Positions 1 through 7,242 of a DNA stretch of 20,426 nucleotides are shown one piece after another. Numbering within the stretch: the first letter of the stretch is position 1; each line of letters begins with the position of its first letter. This stretch comes from Candidatus Methylomirabilia bacterium. GTDB lineage: Bacteria; Methylomirabilota; Methylomirabilia; Rokubacteriales; CSP1-6. The notes beneath the pieces are model-generated. The model ran no database searches, had not been told where the DNA came from, and was given only the letters and a program-made list of their open reading frames with translations. Position numbers and translations under genes: made by a program. The stretch lies in contig JBGQEL010000077.1 in NCBI GenBank assembly GCA_041496385.1, positions 1 to 20,426 of the forward strand, read 5' to 3'.

Positions 1-131
1 AGCATGTCCTTCACGGACGTGCCGGCGGCGAGCTTGTCGTGGGCCTCGCCCACGATGCGCTCGGGCGTCGCGTCCTCGACGAACTGCACCAGGGGCTCGA
101 TCCGATCGGGATACCGAACGCGGTGAGCCAT
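1..131 (-). CDS. Hypothetical protein, N-terminal part only (runs off the left edge)
   Basis: Not in the ORF track. Read manually on the - strand from ATG at 131: MAHRVRYPDRIEPLVQFVEDATPERIVGEAHDKLAAGTSVKDML..., open to the window edge, GC-rich third positions. Preceded by GGGAG and only 14 nt downstream of the amidohydrolase stop. Confidence 0.75.
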   Translation of the reverse strand, partial: MAHRVRYPDRIEPLVQFVEDATPERIVGEAHDKLAAGTSVKDM

Positions 132-145
132 GCTCCCGATCTCCC

Positions 146-1372
146 TCAGCGATCGCTGGGCGCAGCGCTCCGCTGGCCGGCCTGTGCCGCGGCGTCGGCC
201 TTGCGGAAATCGGCCTCGGTGAAGCCGTAGAGGTTTGCACCCCCCATGAGGATCTGCGCGGCGATCTCCCGCGGGACGTTCTTCAGGAGATTCTCCGCGA
301 CGTGGGGGAAGTTGGAGTCGAAGTGCGGGTAGTCGGTCGAGATGCACATGCGATCGGCGCCGATGAGCCCGGCCGTCGCCTCGATCTCCGGCTCGCTCCC
401 TTCGACGGCCGCCCAGCAGTTGCGCCGGAAGTACTCGCGCGGCGTCAGCGCCAGGTACGGGGCGTGCGAGTCGCGATACTGCGGATAGTCCCACTCGATG
501 CGCGACAGGAGCCCGGGCACCCACGAGTTCTGGGCCTCGAGGAAGCCCACCCGGAGCTTCGGATGGAACTCGAACACGCCGCCGATGATCATGGCGATCA
601 ATGCCTGCTGCATCTCGATCCAGTGGCTCGCGACGTGCCGGTAGAACCGGTTCTCGCCGTAGAGCGGGATCATCCGCGAGTACACGGCGCTCACGCCCTC
701 GTGGAACCCCCAGGTCACGTTCAGCTCCTCGTGCACGGCGTAGAGCGGATCCCAGTAGTTCGAGTGCCAGTAGTGGTCGTTCACCAGATTCGGCCTGATG
801 AACGAGCCGACGGCGCCGAGCTCCCGCACGCAGCGCACGAGCTCGCGGCAGGCCAGGTGCACGTCGTGCACGGGCAGCATCGCCACGAACTTCAGGCGCT
901 CGGGGCTGTGGCGGCAGAACTCGTGGATCCAGTTGTTGTAGGCGTGGCAGAGGGCCAGGGAGAGCCGGGGATCGAGATGGTCGCGGGCGATGAGCGACAG
1001 GCCGCTCGTCGGATAGAGCACGGCGATGTCGACACCCTCCATCGCCATGCCCATCACCTGGGCCTCGGGGTCGTAGTCGCGCGCGACGGCGAAGTCGAGC
1101 CGCCCCGTGTCGAAGAGCCGCGATCCGGACAGAGGCTGGGTGGTCTGGGAACCGCTCGAGCGGACGCGCTTGCGGTACTGCTGCAGGTCCATGTCGGAGG
1201 TCGGCAGCCCGTCGACGATGGTCAGGCCGGCGGCGCCGCGCCTGGGGCGCCCGTCCGCGCCCACCGGCACGCTGACGCGGTGCTTGAACGCCGGGTCCAG
1301 ATAGCGGTCGAAGAGATCGGGTGGTTCCATGATGTGCATGTCGGAGTCGACGAACCGGAGTCCATCCTTCAT
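146..1372 (-). CDS. Amidohydrolase family protein (Amidohydro_2, ACMSD/LigW-like metal-dependent decarboxylase/hydratase), 408 aa
   Basis: N-terminal metal motif VDSDMH, plus FHEG, FLEAQ and C-terminal STDYPH. Strong SD GAGGAGG upstream of ATG. Substrate not assignable. Confidence 0.9.
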   Translation of the reverse strand: MKDGLRFVDSDMHIMEPPDLFDRYLDPAFKHRVSVPVGADGRPRRGAAGLTIVDGLPTSDMDLQQYRKRVRSSGSQTTQPLSGSRLFDTGRLDFAVARDYDPEAQVMGMAMEGVDIAVLYPTSGLSLIARDHLDPRLSLALCHAYNNWIHEFCRHSPERLKFVAMLPVHDVHLACRELVRCVRELGAVGSFIRPNLVNDHYWHSNYWDPLYAVHEELNVTWGFHEGVSAVYSRMIPLYGENRFYRHVASHWIEMQQALIAMIIGGVFEFHPKLRVGFLEAQNSWVPGLLSRIEWDYPQYRDSHAPYLALTPREYFRRNCWAAVEGSEPEIEATAGLIGADRMCISTDYPHFDSNFPHVAENLLKNVPREIAAQILMGGANLYGFTEADFRKADAAAQAGQRSAAPSDR

Positions 1373-1429
1373 GACATCCTCCTCGGGGCGGCGACGTATC
1401 GGGCCACGCCTTCGGTCGAGACTGGCTGC

Positions 1430-1458
1430 ACTATCCTGCCGCCGGGCGGGGGAGTCAA
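1430..1458 (-). promoter_or_regulatory. Putative sigma70-type promoter for the amidohydrolase operon
   Basis: On the - strand: TTGACT (1458-1453), 17-nt spacer, GATAGT (1435-1430), about 58 nt upstream of the ATG at 1372. Confidence 0.5.
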
Positions 1459-1476
1459 CCGCCTTCCGTCGGGCCC

Positions 1477-1530
1477 CTAGCCTGGACCCGTCCGCCTCGC
1501 GTGTGGTCGTTCATGAATCGTCCAGGCTAG
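1477..1530. repeat. 54-bp element with perfect 11-bp terminal inverted repeats ending in CTAG (MITE/REP-like); overlaps the LysR stop codon
   Basis: CTAGCCTGGAC (1477-1487) is the exact reverse complement of GTCCAGGCTAG (1520-1530). Internal palindrome TTCATGAA at 1510-1517. Confidence 0.7.
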
Positions 1531-2441
1531 CGCCGCGCGCGCCCGCCTCGCGCCAGGCCGAGGAACGCCCGCAGCACCGGCGCGTGCGCGCGGTCCCGGT
1601 GGTAGACGAAGAAGAAGCGCACGGCCAGGCCGCGCCCGCGGAGGGCGACGGCGCGCAGGCGCGCGTCGCCGGCCTCGCGCGTGAGCACGCTGGCGCCGAG
1701 CGCCGCGACGCCCACGCCCGCGGCGACGACCTGCTTGATCGCCTCGTTCGAGCCCAGCTCCATGGCGATGCGCGGCGTGAGGCCGGCGGCCTCGAGCTGG
1801 CCCTCGAGCACGCGGCGGGTCGTCGAGCCGGGCTCGCGGACGATGAGCGCCTGGTCGGCCAGCTCGGCGAGCGCGACGCCGCGCCGGCGCGCCCACGGAT
1901 GGCGCCGCGGCACCAGCAGGACCAGCGGCTCGCGGACGAAGGGCTGGACGACGAGGCGCGCGTTGTCGGTCACGGTCATCGGCGTCGCCGCGTCCGGCGC
2001 GCCGAGCACGCCCAGGTCGGCCTCGAAGCTCGCGACCTGCGCGAGCACGTGGCGGGAGTTGGAGATGTGGAGCTGGATCCGCACGCCGGGGTAGCGCCGG
2101 CGGAACTCCGTGAGCACGCGCGGCAGGAGATAGGCGCCGGTGGTGCCGCTGCTGCTGATGGTGAGGCCGCCCGTGACGCGGCCGCCGGCCTGCGCCATGA
2201 CCGTCTCGGCCTCGTCCACCAGCGAGAAGATGCGCTCGCTCACGCGATAGAGCGCCTGGCCGGCGTCGGTGAGCTGCACGCCGCGCGCGCGGCGCTCGAG
2301 CAGGCGCACGCCGGCGCTCTCCTCCAGCTCGCGCACCTGGATTGTGACGGCGGGCTGGCTGATCCGCAGGCGCCGCGCCGCCGCGGTGAACGAGCCCGTC
2401 GTCGCGAGCGTGTGGAAGATGCGCAGGTGGTGGAGGTTCAC
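1527..2441 (-). CDS. LysR-family transcriptional regulator (CysL/CmpR-like substrate-binding domain), 304 aa, divergent from phnA
   Basis: N-terminal HTH MNLHHLRIFHTLATTGSFTAAARRLRISQPAVTIQVRELE. C-terminal REPGSTTR and ELGSNEAIKQVVAAGVG motifs. GTG start with GGAGG 7 nt upstream. Confidence 0.95.
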   Translation of the reverse strand: MNLHHLRIFHTLATTGSFTAAARRLRISQPAVTIQVRELEESAGVRLLERRARGVQLTDAGQALYRVSERIFSLVDEAETVMAQAGGRVTGGLTISSSGTTGAYLLPRVLTEFRRRYPGVRIQLHISNSRHVLAQVASFEADLGVLGAPDAATPMTVTDNARLVVQPFVREPLVLLVPRRHPWARRRGVALAELADQALIVREPGSTTRRVLEGQLEAAGLTPRIAMELGSNEAIKQVVAAGVGVAALGASVLTREAGDARLRAVALRGRGLAVRFFFVYHRDRAHAPVLRAFLGLARGGRARR

Positions 2442-2457
2442 TTATGGGCCTCCATAA
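2442..2457. promoter_or_regulatory. Candidate LysR binding site (inverted repeat TTATGG-N4-CCATAA, contains T-N11-A)
   Basis: Perfect 6-bp arms in the 81-bp lysR/phnA intergenic region. Overlaps the lysR SD and lies just upstream of the putative phnA -35. Confidence 0.6.
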
Positions 2458-2468
2458 AGCGAATGAAG

Positions 2469-2497
2469 TGGACCGCGCACCGCCGCCATTCTATCCT
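2469..2497 (+). promoter_or_regulatory. Putative sigma70-type promoter of the phn operon
   Basis: TGGACC (2469-2474), 17-nt spacer, TATCCT (2492-2497). Followed by SD AAGGAGG and the ATG at 2523. Confidence 0.45.
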
Positions 2498-2522
2498 CTC
2501 TGCGAACCCCAAGGAGGCGCGG

Positions 2523-3779
2523 ATGGATCGCACCGGCATCGAGCTGAACGGCGTCAGGTACCTCTGGCCAAGGCGCCCCGTCGTCGTCGTCTGCATCGAC
2601 GGCGGCGACCCGTCGTACTTCGAGCGGGGCGTGCGGGACGGCGTCGTGCCGAACGTGGCGCGCTTCATGAAGAACGGCTTCGGCGACGTCGCCGACGGCG
2701 ACATGCCGAGCTTCACCTGCCCGAACAACATGTCCATCACGACGGGGGCGCCGCCCGCCGTTCACGGCATCTCGGGTAACTTCTACCTCGACCGCGCGAC
2801 GGGCGAGGCGGTGGTGATGACCGGCCCGGAGCTGCTGCGCTCGCGGACGGTCATGGCCGAGTTCTCCCGCCACGGCGCGAAGGTCGTCTCGATCACCGCG
2901 AAGGACAAGCTCCGGAAGCAGCTCGGCAAGGACATGGACATCGCCGGCGGGAGCATCAACTTCTCCTCGGAGTTCGCCGACCAGACGACGCTCGCGGAGC
3001 ACGGGATCGAGAACGTCGTGGACTTCGTCGGGATGCCGAAGCCCGACATGTACTCGCCCGAGCTGTCGCTCTTCGTGCTCGAGGCTGGCATCCGGCTGCT
3101 CGAGCAGCGCCGGCCCGAGATCCTCTACCTCTCGCTCACCGACTTCATCCAGCACAAGTACGCGCCCGGCGAGCCCGAGGCGAACCGCTACTACGCGAAC
3201 ATGGATCGCATGTTCGGCCGGCTCGACGCCCTCGGCGCCATCGTCGGGCTCACCGCCGACCACGGCATGAACGACAAGTCGAACGCCGACGGCTCGCCCA
3301 AGGTCATCTGGCTCCAGGACATCCTCGACAAACGCTTCGGCAAGGGGACGAGCACGGTGATCTGCCCGATCACCGACCGCTTCGTCGCCCACCACGGGGC
3401 GCTCGGCGGCTTCGTGCGCGTGTATTGCGGCAAGGGGCTCGACCCGGGCGACGTGATGAAGCTCGTCATGAACATCCCGGGCGTCGAGGCGGTCTTCGAC
3501 CAGCAGACGGCGGCGAAGAAGTTCGAGCTGCCGCTCGATCGCGAGGGCGACGTGGTGGTCATCGGCCGGGTGGACACCTGCATCGGCGCCTCGGAGGCCG
3601 ACCACGACCTGTCCGGTCTCAAGGGCCACCGGCTGCGGACGCACGGCGGCATCTCCGAATCGCGGGTGCCGTTCGTGCTGAACCGCCCGCTCACGGCGGA
3701 CTACGCCCGGCGCGCGGGAGCGCGAACGTTGCGGAGCTACGAGCTGTTCGACTTCGCCATCAACGGCGTCGAGGCGTAG
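2523..3779 (+). CDS. phnA: Phosphonoacetate hydrolase (alkaline phosphatase superfamily), 418 aa
   Basis: True start is ATG 2523 (SD AAGGAGG), not 1329. Motifs VVVCIDG, PSFTCPNN (Thr65 nucleophile position), HGISGN, TAKDKLR, YLSLTDFIQHK, TADHGM, HHGALG and LRTHGG all match PhnA. Adjacent to a phnCDE importer. Confidence 0.92.
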   Translation: MDRTGIELNGVRYLWPRRPVVVVCIDGGDPSYFERGVRDGVVPNVARFMKNGFGDVADGDMPSFTCPNNMSITTGAPPAVHGISGNFYLDRATGEAVVMTGPELLRSRTVMAEFSRHGAKVVSITAKDKLRKQLGKDMDIAGGSINFSSEFADQTTLAEHGIENVVDFVGMPKPDMYSPELSLFVLEAGIRLLEQRRPEILYLSLTDFIQHKYAPGEPEANRYYANMDRMFGRLDALGAIVGLTADHGMNDKSNADGSPKVIWLQDILDKRFGKGTSTVICPITDRFVAHHGALGGFVRVYCGKGLDPGDVMKLVMNIPGVEAVFDQQTAAKKFELPLDREGDVVVIGRVDTCIGASEADHDLSGLKGHRLRTHGGISESRVPFVLNRPLTADYARRAGARTLRSYELFDFAINGVEA

Positions 3780-3789
3780 CGGCCGCGGA

Positions 3790-4884
3790 ATGGGACGCAC
3801 CGGTCGCGCGGCGATCTACGAGGCGCCGAACGCGCCGTTCCTCGTGAAGGAGTACCCCGTGCGGCCCGTGCGGGCGCGCGAGGCGCTCGTGCGGGTGACG
3901 ATGTCGACCATCTGCCGCTCCGACATCCACTCCTACGAGGGGCGGCGCCCGAACCCGGTGCCGTGCATCCTGGGCCACGAGATCATCGGCGTCGTGGAGG
4001 AGCTGGGCGCCGGCGTCGAGCGCGACATGCGCGGCGATCGCCTGCGCGCCGGCGACCGCGTGACCTGGACGGAGTATTTCTTCGACGGCGAGTCGCACTA
4101 CCGCGACGTTCTCGACCTCCCGCAGAAGTCGCCGGGCCTTCGCAAGTACGGCCACGACCGGGCCGACCAGGACCCGCACTTCACGGGCGGCTTCGCCGAG
4201 TACTGCTACATCCTGCCGGGCACCGGCATCCTCAAGCTCCCGGACGAGCTCTCGGACGAGGAGGCCACGCCGCTCAACTGCGGCGTCGCCACGATGATCT
4301 CGGTCACCGAGGCGGCCGGCGTCGGCATGGGCGACAGCGTCGTGATCCAGGGGCTCGGCCTGCTGGGGCTCTACGGCGTGGCCATCGCCAAGTCGCGCGG
4401 CGCCCGGCTCGTGATCGGCCTCGACTCGGTCGCCCCGCGCCTCGAGATGGCCCGGCGCTTCGGGGTGGACCTGGCGCTCGACGTCTCGACGCTGAGCCCC
4501 GACGAGGTCGTCCGCGCGGTGCGCGCGGCCTGCCGGCCCGACGGCGCCGACGTCATCGTGGAGGTCTGCGGCGTGCCCGACGTGATCCCGCAGGGCCTGC
4601 GGATGCTGCGCGTGGGCGGGCGCTACGTTATCGGCGGGCTCGTGAACCCCGATGCGAACGTGACGCTCGACGCCAACCTCATCCTGCGCCAGTGGATCAC
4701 GCTGCGCGGCGTGCACAACTACCACCCGCGCCATCTCATCCAGGCGCTCGATTTCGTCGTCGCCCAGCGCCGGCGGTTCCCGTTCAAGGACATCGTCGAC
4801 TCGCGGTTCTCGCTGCCCGAGCTGGGGACGGCGTTCACCAAGGCGGCCGAGCGCAGCGTGCTGCGCGCGGCGATCGTGCCGTGA
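3790..4884 (+). CDS. Zinc-binding (MDR) alcohol dehydrogenase of the phosphonate-catabolism-associated type, 364 aa
   Basis: Catalytic Zn ligands TICRSD, LGHE and NCGVAT. Rossmann motif GLGLLG. LPQKS..LRKYGH and RGVHNYHPRHL resemble, from recall, the TIGR03366 'HpnZ_proposed' clade. Confidence 0.88.
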   Translation: MGRTGRAAIYEAPNAPFLVKEYPVRPVRAREALVRVTMSTICRSDIHSYEGRRPNPVPCILGHEIIGVVEELGAGVERDMRGDRLRAGDRVTWTEYFFDGESHYRDVLDLPQKSPGLRKYGHDRADQDPHFTGGFAEYCYILPGTGILKLPDELSDEEATPLNCGVATMISVTEAAGVGMGDSVVIQGLGLLGLYGVAIAKSRGARLVIGLDSVAPRLEMARRFGVDLALDVSTLSPDEVVRAVRAACRPDGADVIVEVCGVPDVIPQGLRMLRVGGRYVIGGLVNPDANVTLDANLILRQWITLRGVHNYHPRHLIQALDFVVAQRRRFPFKDIVDSRFSLPELGTAFTKAAERSVLRAAIVP

Positions 4885-6332
4885 GCGGGCCGCGGCTCGG
4901 CTTCAGCCCCAAGGGTCTCTACATCGGCGGGCGGTGGGTCGCGGCGGCCGCCGGCCAGCGCTTCGAGTCGCTCAACCCCGCGACGGGCGAGCGCCTCGGC
5001 GAGGTGCCGCTCGCGGCCGAGGCCGACGTGGACCGCGCCGTGCAGGCGGCGAAGAAGGCGTTCCCGGAGTGGGCGCGCGTGCCGCTGCGGGAGCGCGCGC
5101 GCTGCCTCGAGCTGCTTGCCCGGCGCATCGTGGAGCACACCGAGGAGCTGGCGCTCATGGACTCGGTGGACTCGGGCAACGCGATCGCCGGCATGCGCGG
5201 CGACATGACGTGGACGGCCGACACGCTGAACTACTTCGCCGGGCTCATCACCGAGATCAAGGGCGAGACGTCGTCGCACGGCCCGCGACACCTGAACTTC
5301 ACGCGCCGCCAGCCCTACGGGGTCGTCGCCAAGATCAACCCCTTCAACCACCCGTTCCGGTTCTGTGCCGAGAAGGCCGCGGCGCCGCTCGCGGCGGGCA
5401 ACACCGTCGTGATCAAGGGCTCGGAGCAGGCGCCGCTGTCCAGCCTCCGGCTCGGCGAGCTGTGCGAGGGCGTCTTCCCGCCGGGCGTGGTGAACGTCCT
5501 CACGGGCGCCGGCCAGACGGGCTCGGCGCTCGTGCGCCATCCCGACGTGAGCCGCATCGGCTTCGTCGGCTCGGTGCCGACGGGCCGCGCGATCGCCCGC
5601 GAGGCCGCGGAGCTGCTCAAGCCGGTCACGCTCGAGCTGGGGGGCAAGAACCCGATCATCATCCTGCCCGACGCCGACCCCACGAAGGCCGCGACGGCGG
5701 CGATCAAGGGCATGAACATGAACCGGCAGGGCCAGTCGTGCAGCTCGACCTCGCGCGTGCTGGTCCATCGCTCGCTCCACAAGGGCGTCGTCGAGGAGCT
5801 GGTGCGGCAGGCCGAGGCGCTGCCCGTGGGCTTCCCGTGGCTCGAGACGAACGAGCTCGGGCCGATCGTCTCCGAGCGGCAGTGGAAGCGCGTGCTGGAG
5901 TTCATCGAGTCGGGCAAGCGCGAGGGCGCGCGGCTCGTCACGGGCGGTGGTAGGCCGCCGGATCCGCAGCTCGCGCAGGGCTGGTTCATCGCGCCGACGA
6001 TCTTCGACGAGGTGACCCCGGCGATGCGGATCGGCCGCGAGGAGATCTTCGGCCCGGTCATGTCGGTCATGCCGTGGGACGACTACGAGGCGATGCTCGC
6101 GCTCGCCAACGGCCTGGAGTACGGCCTCACCGCCGCGATCGTGACCAACGACCTCGCGAAGGCGATGGAGACGGCCGAGCGCGTCGAGGCGGGCTACGTC
6201 TGGATCAACGCGACGGGCCGCTACATCGGTGCGCCCTACGGCGGCTGGAAGCAGAGCGGCCTCGGCCAGGAGGAGTGCTTCGACGAGCTCGTCGGCTACA
6301 CGCGTCTCAAGAACGTCAACATGCGGTGGTAG
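4881..6332 (+). CDS. NAD(P)-dependent aldehyde dehydrogenase, 483 aa (candidate phosphonoacetaldehyde dehydrogenase by context)
   Basis: GTG start overlapping the ADH stop (GTGA). Motifs PFNHP, GSVPTG, ELGGKNP, GQSCSS (catalytic Cys), EEIFGPV and PYGGWKQSGLG. Confidence 0.92.
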   Translation: MSGPRLGFSPKGLYIGGRWVAAAAGQRFESLNPATGERLGEVPLAAEADVDRAVQAAKKAFPEWARVPLRERARCLELLARRIVEHTEELALMDSVDSGNAIAGMRGDMTWTADTLNYFAGLITEIKGETSSHGPRHLNFTRRQPYGVVAKINPFNHPFRFCAEKAAAPLAAGNTVVIKGSEQAPLSSLRLGELCEGVFPPGVVNVLTGAGQTGSALVRHPDVSRIGFVGSVPTGRAIAREAAELLKPVTLELGGKNPIIILPDADPTKAATAAIKGMNMNRQGQSCSSTSRVLVHRSLHKGVVEELVRQAEALPVGFPWLETNELGPIVSERQWKRVLEFIESGKREGARLVTGGGRPPDPQLAQGWFIAPTIFDEVTPAMRIGREEIFGPVMSVMPWDDYEAMLALANGLEYGLTAAIVTNDLAKAMETAERVEAGYVWINATGRYIGAPYGGWKQSGLGQEECFDELVGYTRLKNVNMRW

Positions 6333-6360
6333 TATTGGGCTCCGCACGGAGGTGCGACAC

Positions 6361-7242
6361 ATGCGTGCAATGAAGTACACGATCGTGTTCGTGATCGCCG
6401 CGACGCTGCTCACGGGCGCGGCGCTCGGGCAGACGCAGGGCCCGGCGAAACCGGGCGTGCTCACCGTCGGCTTCATCCCCGCCGAGGACGCGCGCGCCAT
6501 GGTCCGCCAGTCCGCGGCCATTCTCGAGATCGTCGCCAAGCAGACCGGGATGAAGGTCGACACGTTCGTCGGCTCCGACTACAACGGGACGATCGAGGCG
6601 CTCCGGAACGGCCACGTGGACATCGCGCTGCTGGGCCCGTTCTCGTACGTGCTCGCGACAACGCAGGCGCCGGTCGAGGCCTTCGCCGTCACCGTCATCG
6701 CCAAGACGATGCAGCCGTCCTACAAGTCGATCATCATCGCCAAGAACGAGAGCCCCATCACCTCGCTCGCCACGCTCAAGGGACGCACGTTCGCGTTCGT
6801 GGACCCGGGCTCGACCTCGGGCTACATGGTCCCCGCCGCGGCGTTCGTCCTCGCGGGCATGACGCCGGAGAAGGACCTGGGCAAGGTCGTCTACTCGGGC
6901 GGCCACGACGCGACGATCGTCGCCGTCGCCGAGGGCAAGGTGGAGGCGGGCGCCGTCGCCGACCGCATCTACGAGCGCGGCTGCGCCAAGGGCCTCGCCG
7001 ACTGCGCGAAGCTGAAGGTGGTCTGGCAGTCGGACCCCATCCCGAACGATCCGATGCTCTACCGGAAGAACCTTCCCGAGGATCTCAAGAAGAAGATCCG
7101 CGAGGCGTTCTACAGCGTGAAGAACCTGCCCTTCGGCGAGATGGGCACGGTGGCGCGCTTCGACCCGGCGACCGACAAGGACTACGACTCGGTGCGGAAC
7201 GTCGCCAAGGCGCTGAAGCTCGACCTCACCAAGATGAAGTGA
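6361..7242 (+). CDS. phnD: Phosphonate/phosphite ABC transporter substrate-binding protein, 293 aa
   Basis: ATG 6361 with GGAGG 8 nt upstream and a Sec-type signal peptide. Motifs SDYNGTIEAL, DPGSTSGY, GGHDA and IPNDP are typical of the PhnD/PtxB family. Confidence 0.93.
   Translation: MRAMKYTIVFVIAATLLTGAALGQTQGPAKPGVLTVGFIPAEDARAMVRQSAAILEIVAKQTGMKVDTFVGSDYNGTIEALRNGHVDIALLGPFSYVLATTQAPVEAFAVTVIAKTMQPSYKSIIIAKNESPITSLATLKGRTFAFVDPGSTSGYMVPAAAFVLAGMTPEKDLGKVVYSGGHDATIVAVAEGKVEAGAVADRIYERGCAKGLADCAKLKVVWQSDPIPNDPMLYRKNLPEDLKKKIREAFYSVKNLPFGEMGTVARFDPATDKDYDSVRNVAKALKLDLTKMK

Noticed and set aside
2712..2732. Cys66 of PhnA as a formylglycine (sulfatase or phosphonate monoester hydrolase) site
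   Set aside because: The sequence is T-C-P-N-N, not C-x-P-x-R. The Thr nucleophile position is intact and no formylglycine-generating enzyme is in the window.
1329..3779. 816-aa ORF suggesting a large N-terminal fusion to PhnA
   Set aside because: The first 398 codons are largely the antisense shadow of lysR. A strong SD and ATG at 2523 give a normal-length PhnA.
3963..6332. 789-aa ORF as an ADH-ALDH fusion or extended ALDH
   Set aside because: The N-terminal part is an Arg/Pro-rich off-frame read of the ADH gene. The ALDH begins at the GTGA overlap at 4881.
4881..6332. Assigning the gene symbol phnY
   Set aside because: Context fits, but the active-site motifs differ from PhnY as I recall them, so it is left unnamed.
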